DNA of 64,000 bases from Heterodontus francisci (taxonomy: Eukaryota): the NCBI RefSeq assembly GCF_036365525.1, contig NC_090411.1:32194432-32258431 (forward strand). The letters are read 5' to 3'. The stretch's first letter is position 1; the number at the start of each line of letters is the position of its first letter. Under the pieces are notes generated by a model that was given only the letters and a program-made list of their open reading frames with translations, did not search any database and was not told where the DNA came from. This document shows positions 54,078 to 64,000 of the stretch, piece by piece. A program made the translations under genes and the position numbers.

Positions 54078-55501
54078 TGAACTGACTGCAAGGATCAAGC
54101 TTGTGTTTTATTTAATGGTGTGTAAACGATCCCTCTGTTCTGTAGGGAATGATGGCTTCTGACTTTATACCAAGAATTGAGACCTGATCTCTTGTTGGAA
54201 TGTTAACTGTAAATAAACGACACAATATTGGACTGCTTTGTCTCCTTGTTAATCTGAAAATAAGGAACTATTCAAATTTACACTGGTTTATGTCTGGAAG
54301 TATCACACTGGGCTCTGTAACAGCTTTACCATGGGGAGATTTTATTGCCTTGGATGTTTAAGATCTCATTACAATTCTTTGACTGCACAACAATGACTTG
54401 CATTTATATAGTGCCTTTTAACATATTAAAACATTCCAAGATGCTTCACAAGTGTTAAACAAAGTGTGACACTGAGCTACATAAGGAGGGAAGACAGGTG
54501 CTCAAAGGTTTCCTCAAGAAAGTCGATTTTAAGGAATGTTTGAGACACAGTTGGGGAGAGGACTCTAGAGGTTGGGGCCTAGGTAGCTGAGTATGAGTTG
54601 TTCCTACTGCTGCTGAATATTTTCTTGCCTTGTTAGTTAGCACAAAGCCCAAAACTAGTAATCTAGTCACCAAAGACCCATCATTCACTCAACCACAGTG
54701 ATTTCTGAAATTGCAATGAGTGACATGTCCAGTGCCAGATAAACAATTTAAATGATCTAGCCTTGCATTATCCATTGAGATAAGTTCACTTGTGTACAAG
54801 TGACCACAGTGCCTGGACAACACTTGCACTCGTGGAATTACTCAGGGAAACAAGTGACACTATACGCTGGTGCTAGTACTAATGATTCTTCATGGAGCCA
54901 CCAATAATACATGTCAACCCTTGGTCAGAGGATGAGATAAGAACTGATATTCTGAGCTATCTCAACACCAGATTCTTTGCTAGATTGAGCAATCTGTTCA
55001 AACTTGTTTGCACTTGGAACCATTCCTTCACATACCACGTATTCTGTTGCATAAATTGGTGTTACAATTAGTCCTGCATCATCAGTCTGCCATATCCTGT
55101 CTAATTATTCTAGCTTAGATCAAAAATGGTTACACCCTGCAATACCCAATCTACAAACTGTAAATTCCATTCACCAAAAGGCTATCTATCACAACTGGAG
55201 GGAGATTGATTTGACAAGCAGCTGGCAACTATATGTACCTTGGGAGGGAGAATGTTCACCTGTGTGGGATGGAATATCAGGAGGTTTCGTAAGGAATTTA
55301 CAAAATCTGTGTAGGCATGTGTGTTAATTAATAAACTGCCCGTCTCTTTCTCTGTTACCTCTATTTTTCTGACTGGTATTTCCCTTGACTCTATTTCTAT
55401 ATCTTTTTAAATCTCAGTTCACTTCTTTTTCTGATGGATGTTTTGTTTTGCGCCTGTCACCTTGTTATTCCCCCCATCTCTGTATCCAGCTGAGGTGAAC
55501 T

Positions 55502-56263
55502 GGGGAGACAGTGGCGTAATGGTAATGTAACTGAGCTTGTAATGTTTAGTTTAGTTTAGAGATACAGCACTGAAACAGGCCCTTCGGCCCACCGAGTCTG
55601 TGCCGACCATCAACCACCCATTTATACTAATCCTACACTAATCCCATATTCCTACCACATCCCCACCTGTCCCTATATTTCCCTACCACCTACCTATACA
55701 AGGGGCAATTTATAATAGCCAATTAACCTATCAACCTGCAAGTCTTTGGCATGTGGGAGGAAACCGGAGCACCCGGAGGAAACCCACGCAGACACAGGGA
55801 GAACTTGCAAACTCCACACAGGCAGTACCCAGAATTGAACCCGGGTCGCTGGAGCTGTGAGGCTGCGGTGCTAACCACTGTGCCACTGTGCTGCCCAGTC
55901 TAGAGGCCCAGGCTAATGCCCTGGGGACATGGGTTCAAATCCCACCACAGTAGATGGTGCAATTTAAATTCAATTAATTAATAATCTGGAATTGAAAGCT
56001 AGTCTCAATAATGGTGCCATGAAGCTGTAATCGATTGTCATAAAAACCCATCTTGTTCACTAATGTCCTTTTTAGGGAAGGAAATCTGCTGTCCTTACCT
56101 GGTCTGGTCTACATGTGACTCCAGACACACAGCAATGTGGTTGACTCTTAAATGCCCTCTGAAATGGCCCAGCAAGACACTTGGTTGTCAAGGGCAATTA
56201 GGGATGGACAACAAATGCTGGCCTTGCCAGCGATGCCCACATCCCATGAAAGAATGAGAAAAA
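55502..56263 (+). mobile_element. tRNA-headed SINE made of the 5' head and 3' tail of the 49712-52557 LINE
   Basis: 55502-55543 + 55897-56187 match 49712-50041; 56188-56263 match 52480-52557. Confidence 0.8.
55544..55896 (-). mobile_element. tRNA-derived SINE (HE1-like) nested in another SINE
   Basis: Full-length reverse copy with (TAAAC)n tail, inserted between the host A and B boxes. Confidence 0.88.
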
Positions 56264-57224
56264 TATTTAAGGGGAAGTGAGATAAGCACATGAGGAAGAA
56301 TGGAATAGAAGGATAGACCGATAAGATTAGATGAAGAGGGGTGGGAGATGGCTTGTTTGGAGCATAAACATTGGCATAGATCAGTTGGGCCGAATGGCCT
56401 GTTTCTGTGCTATTGCTCTTTGTAATTCTTGAATCTATCCAGAGCCTGTTCAGAAATATTTATGAGCGGATAATCAAGAATACTGAGTGGGACACTGAGT
56501 GCCACATACAGAATAGGCATTCTTTCATTAGTTTGTTCAAAACTCGAGATGGAAACATATGATAAGATGTTCAAAATGGTTAAAAATCAATCTGTTACAG
56601 GATGTTGATGTCAATGCAATGAGTTCCACACATCCGCACATTAAATAACCTTAAAGCAGAACTGGTTACGCCCTCCAATCTTCAAATCTTAAAGGTAGAT
56701 TAAGAACAATGAACTCCTGCTGAAAACCCAACGATCAAAGTCATTGTGATAATTGACTTGACATTCAATGGGTCAAAGCAGTGAAGCTCTTAGCAGTTAA
56801 AACCACCTGATTACATAAGCATTTTGAAAAATTAACTTGACTAAGATGCATGAAAATGGATCTCAGAACAAGGTTACCATTAACAAATAAAGCTGGCAAT
56901 AATTTCAATAATTAGTTTTTCTGCAGAATCAAAGAATCAAACTAGAACTTGTTGGATTTTAGTTTGTAAATTCGTTCCGATAGTAATGCAGTCAGTCCCA
57001 TGCAGCCAGAGTTTGGTTGAATATGAGCATTCAAGAGTGTCTGAGAGCAACAATTGCTGATTTAATGTGTAATGTTCAGTAGAAGCTGTAATGCACTTCT
57101 AAAGCTGTCGTACATGACAGGCACCATCTTATTGTCTAATTCTATAACTAGTTTGACTTTGGATTTCTATTTTCAAGGGCCCTGTAACTATATGCTTCAT
57201 GTAGCCCTAAACCTACTTCACTTC

Positions 57225-58572
57225 TATTATTAAGGAAGTAATAACAGGACATTTAGAAAGTCAAAACGCAATCCATCAGAATCAGCATGGTTTTATGAAG
57301 AGTAAATCATGTTTGAATAATTTGCTAGAGTTCATTGAAGATGTAACAAGTAAAGTGGATAATGGGGATCCTGTAGATGTAGTATATCTGGACTTCCAGA
57401 AGGCATTTGATAAGATGCCGCACAAAAGGTTAATACACAAGGTCAGATCACATGGGGTTAGGGGCAATTTATTGGCTTGGATAGAGGATTGGCTAACCAA
57501 CAGAAAACAGAGAGTCAGGATAAATGGGTCCTTTTCTGGTTGGCAAGATGTAACTAGTGGGGTGCCACAGGGCTCAGCCCTCGGGCCCCAACTATTTACA
57601 ATCTATATTAATGACTTGGATGCAGGGATAGAAGGTACTATAGCCAGATTTGCAGATGACACTAAAATAGGTGGGATAGTAAGTTGCAATAAAGAAATAA
57701 GAAATTTACAAATGAATATGGATAAGTTAAGCGAATGGGCCAAAATTTGGCAGAGTTTAACGTGGATAAGTGTGAGGTTATCCATTTTGGTCAGAAGAAT
57801 AGAAAGGCAAATTATTATCTAAATGGAGAGAAACTTCAGAATGCTTCAGTGCAGAGGGATCTGGGTGTCCTCGTGCATGAATCACATAAAACTAGTATGC
57901 AGGTACAGCAGGTAATAAGGAAGGCAAATGGAATTTTGGCATTTATTGCTAAAGGAATAGAGTATAAAAGTAGGGAAGTGTTGCTGCAACTGTACAAGGC
58001 ATTAGTGAGATCGCACCTGGAGTATTGCGTACAGTTTTGGTCCCCTTATTTGAGGAGGAATGTAGTTGCATATTGGAGGCAGTTCAGAGGAGGTTCACCA
58101 GATTGATTCCAGAGATGAGGGGCTTGTCTTATGGAGAGATTGAGCAGTTTAGGCCTTTACTCTCTAGAGTTTAGAAGAAAGAGAGGAGATCTAATTGAGA
58201 TATATAAGCTGATTAAGGGGACTGACAAAGTAGACTTCGAGAGGATGCTTCCTCTGGTGGGGCAATCTAGAACAAGAGGTCATAGTTTTAGGATAAGGGG
58301 TAGCAGATTTAAAACAGAGATGAGGAGAAATTACTTCTCTCAAAGGGTCCTGAGTCTGTGGAATTCACTACCCCAGAGTGCAGTGGATGCCGGGACATTG
58401 AGTAAATTTAAGGAGGAGATAGATAGATTTTTAATTAGTAAAGGGTTGAAGGGTTATGGAGAATGGACAGGAAAGTGGAGTTGAGGCCAAGATGAGATCA
58501 GCCATGATGGTATTGAATGGCGGAGCAGGCTCGAGGGGCTGAATTGCCTACTCCTGCTCCAAGTTCTTATGT
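57225..58572 (+). mobile_element. CR1 LINE RT and 3' end
   Basis: ORFs 57295-57822, 57735-58106, 58131-58484: YLDFQKAFDK, GVPQGSALGP, FADDTK, LYKALVRSHLEYCVQFWSP; two frameshifts. Confidence 0.92.
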
Positions 58573-60324
58573 TCCAGTGTTAGGATAAGGGATCATGTCT
58601 ACATTTATCCGCACAGTGAATTCCCAACCTCAACCATGCAGATAAAGCACAATCTCATTCACACTTATATGTACATGGTTGAACCCCCTCTTGCTCTACA
58701 GCCACAGTGCTGCAGTAAAGCCTGTGCAGTGACCCCCATTATTTGGGATTGGTAATCATATCTGCATAGGCAGTAAGCAGAAGAAAGATAATTCCTTACG
58801 GGAGAGAAACAAAAATCACACACACTCTGATAGACACCTACACAGTGGTGTTTAGGGGAAGCTAGATAAATACATGACGGAGATAGGAATAGAGTCATAG
58901 AGTTGTACAGCAGAGAAACAGGCCCTTCGGCCCATCGCGTCCATGCCGACCATAATGCCTATCTATACTAATCCCACCTGCCTGCATTAATTCCATATCC
59001 CTCTATAATAGGATATGTTGATAGGAAGAGATGAAGTAAGGTGGGAGACGGCTCATGTGAAGCTTAAACACTTGCTTAGACCTGTTAGGCTGAATGGCCT
59101 GTTTCTGTGCTGTAAAATTCTGTGTACTAGAGCCTTGGGACAAATTCTCCATTCCAGCTGGGCAAGTGTGTGGCATCTCAAAGAGAGATGAATAAAGTTA
59201 AACAAGTGACCAAATAAAGATAGACTGATGCGTGGAATTAATGTTGAAGAAAATATTGTCTAAATAAATCCCACAAGTCAACAAAAGGTGGATCAATTCC
59301 TCTGTCAGAAGAAAGACCAGAGACTGTACAGGATCCAGTTTAAATAAATCCTGAGGCAAATTCAGTGCACAAGTTTTACTTTGAGCAGTTGCATTGCATG
59401 ACTGCTTTGGAACATTATTAGCTACAACTGTCAACATTAATATCCGATTTTACACAATGCACTGAACTTGCATCTGAGCTCCATTCTGTTCACCCGCACC
59501 TTGTCCCCTACTGCTTACAGACAGGTGGATAGAACTTCCGACCAGTGATGTTGACATATGAATGCTTAATGTATCCCTGTTAAATTCTATTGTTTCACAG
59601 ACATTTAACTAAATGCAAAAAAAAGCCCACACTGGGTAAACGGTATGAGTGTGATAAGTAGTTGTAAGCGAGCTTCGCGAGTCAGAAGTTCTACCCTGTT
59701 AAGTCGCTGACATGTGATTACAGTGACCGACCCTATTTACAGAAAGTCAGCACACAGCAACATGTCTTCCATAGTCTGCTTTTATTCATGAATTCTTTGA
59801 GTTACATGTGATGGCAGTGAGTGCTTCGTTCACCGTTTACAGGGCTTGTGATCTCTCATAGAATTTTTACACAGTGCCCTAACAATCTGGACTTAAAAAC
59901 GTACATATCATTCTATTTCTGGGCAAAAGCAGGAGAGAGGGTGCATTTACGACTGCTAACTTGGACACTCAGAGTTGGGTCCAGCCGATCAGCTGAGTTC
60001 CTCAGTATTGATCTGTTGCTCTCTGACTTAAGCTTTTTGTTTAGAAATGCAGGTGCTCCAGAGCCCAGGAGATCAGTTGGAAAATGTCAGAGTATCCAGA
60101 GATTCTGAATGCCCCTTGTCCAGATGGCATGGGGGGAGTAAGCGCCATCATGGACTGGGTGGCCTGTTTCCGTGTCGCAATTTTGATGTATGTACAGGGT
60201 AGGACGAGGCCAGAAGTCAGGGGGTGGGGAGTCAACTGGGAGGCAGTAGCTGTCAGTCACGTCTACAATGACAGGTCAGGTTGTGAGTGAGCAGCTTCAA
60301 GCATACATCTTCCAGTTTTGCCTA

Positions 60325-60528
60325 TAACTGTGGGTTGTGGAAGCTCAGTCATTGAGTATATTCAAGACTGAGATTGACAGATTTTTGGATACCAGGGGAA
60401 TCAAAGGATATGGGGATAGGGTAGAAAAGTGGAATTGAGGTAGAAGATCAGCTATGATCGTATTGAATGGCGGAGCAGGATTGAGGGGCCGAATGGCCTA
60501 CTCCTGCTCCTATTTCTTATGCTCCTAA
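60325..60528 (+). mobile_element. CR1 3' tail fragment
   Basis: gaggggccgaatggcctactcctgctcc tail. Confidence 0.7.
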
Positions 60529-60816
60529 CTGGTCTGTGAGCTCTGGCAAAATTTCTTCTGTTGAGTTGATATCCTCAACTATTTATTCAGTCCAATTCCA
60601 GGAATCTGTTGACTCTGCTGCCAAATTAGTAAATGAAAGCAGCAATATTAGCTGCTAAACTAAAATTGTATAAACAGTGTGAAGTTTTCTAACAGACACC
60701 AAATGTTAGAGAATTCTAGAACTAGCCAATATTTATTTTGGGGGCTGGAGAATTTTTGGTGAGTAAGAGATATTGTTGTATTCAGGGTCAGAAGTGAAAT
60801 CCTGATCATGCAATAC

Positions 60817-62897
<2,081 letters not shown>

Positions 62898-63282
62898 CTG
62901 CAAAATATGGGGTGGGGGTGGTAAAATTAATGGGAAATAAGTGGTTCCTTAAGTGAGATAATCTGCTTCCCAGAATAGAAAGACATAGAGGGAGCTAAAA
63001 AGCTTTATATGGTGTGTGCCAAGGTATAATCCATGCAAGTTTTATGCCTGTGCCAAATAATATTCTCTCGGCACCAGTGAATTAGTAAATAGTGTTCTAC
63101 TTCCCTCAAATAGCTACTGCACATTACTCAGAAAAATGTTAGAATCAGGAATATTTCAGTGGCATCTTGGTTTAACAGCCAGCCAATTATTAAAACATGT
63201 ATTAAAACAGAAGTGTATCAGCTCCCGCTGGTCAAGAGAAGCTCACGGTCTGTTCCCATCTAGTCAGATTCAAACATACACC

Positions 63283-63419
63283 GTTCTGATGAAAGGTCAC
63301 TGACCTGAAACGTTAACTCTGTTTCTCTCTCCACAGATGCTGCCTGACCTGCTGAGTATTTCCAGCACTTTCTGTTTTTAGTTCAGGTTTCCATTATTTG
63401 CAGTATTTTGCTTTTATTT
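63283..63419 (+). mobile_element. Penelope-like terminal repeat remnant with a minimal hammerhead ribozyme motif
   Basis: GTT-CTGATGA-A-AGGTC-ACT-GACCT-GAAA-CG-TT-AAC at 63283-63317, followed by the repeat tail also seen at 17560-17619. Confidence 0.65.
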
Positions 63420-64000
63420 ATATACCCATCCCTATTCATTTCACTGGGAATTCATATAAAAAGCACACACTCAGAACAGTTGAATATTCATTTCATTACC
63501 AACAAGGCATTCTCATTCAGGTGTGACAGGACGGTCATTAGCGAAGTTTAAAAAATGCACAGACATGATCCCAAGTTCATATTTTATTAGTTGAAACTTC
63601 GTAGATGGTTTCAACCACTTTAGTAGTAAGCTGCTGGGCCACTGATAAAGGGTGAAAGATTGCTCCTAAAGCCTATAAGCAGAACAAGAAGTGAGAGGAT
63701 TATTTCAGACAGTGTTGTCTCGGGGAGTTGTCGGTAGACTTAGCATTTGGAAAGATCACAATGACCCAGCATTGCTCTTCCTGAGGGAAGGTTATGCCGC
63801 AGAACTTGCTGTCTTTCTAGAATAATGCACAGGCGAAGGTTGTGACTCTCTAGGAAATTCAAGATTTCCGCACAAGAATTCAGCCTTTCCAGTGACTGCC
63901 AGTGTAATGAGAAAAGCCCCGGCATCTCGAGAACCCCTGGGCATGCTGAATTCCTGCAGGCACCCAAATTAAATTGAGGGGTTTGGGGAGAATGGAATAC

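Overview
Eukaryotic, intron-containing vertebrate DNA. The repeat content (tRNA-derived SINEs with CR1 tails, RTE, CR1 and DeuSINE-like relics) suggests a cartilaginous fish, but that is inference. The window is a tandem ferritin gene cluster. Eight head-to-tail, 4-exon, H/M-type ferritin copies lie on the + strand: six intact (173-176 aa, ferroxidase ligands complete) and two pseudogenes. They are followed by a convergent, divergent ferritin on the - strand (exons 2-4 in window) whose iron-handling residues are replaced, several by lysine. The six intact + strand copies have no iron-responsive element (IRE) between TATA and ATG, a UAG-rich short leader, and a conserved promoter with an NF-kB-type site. 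Their exons are nearly identical and mosaic while their introns are divergent, consistent with exon-centred gene conversion. Spacers and introns carry RTE and CR1 LINE fragments, a two-gene Harbinger transposon, a tRNA-headed LINE with its internal-deletion SINE, LTR-like elements and a Penelope-type minimal hammerhead motif. Exon coordinates were read by hand from GT/AG boundaries; most TE boundaries are approximate.
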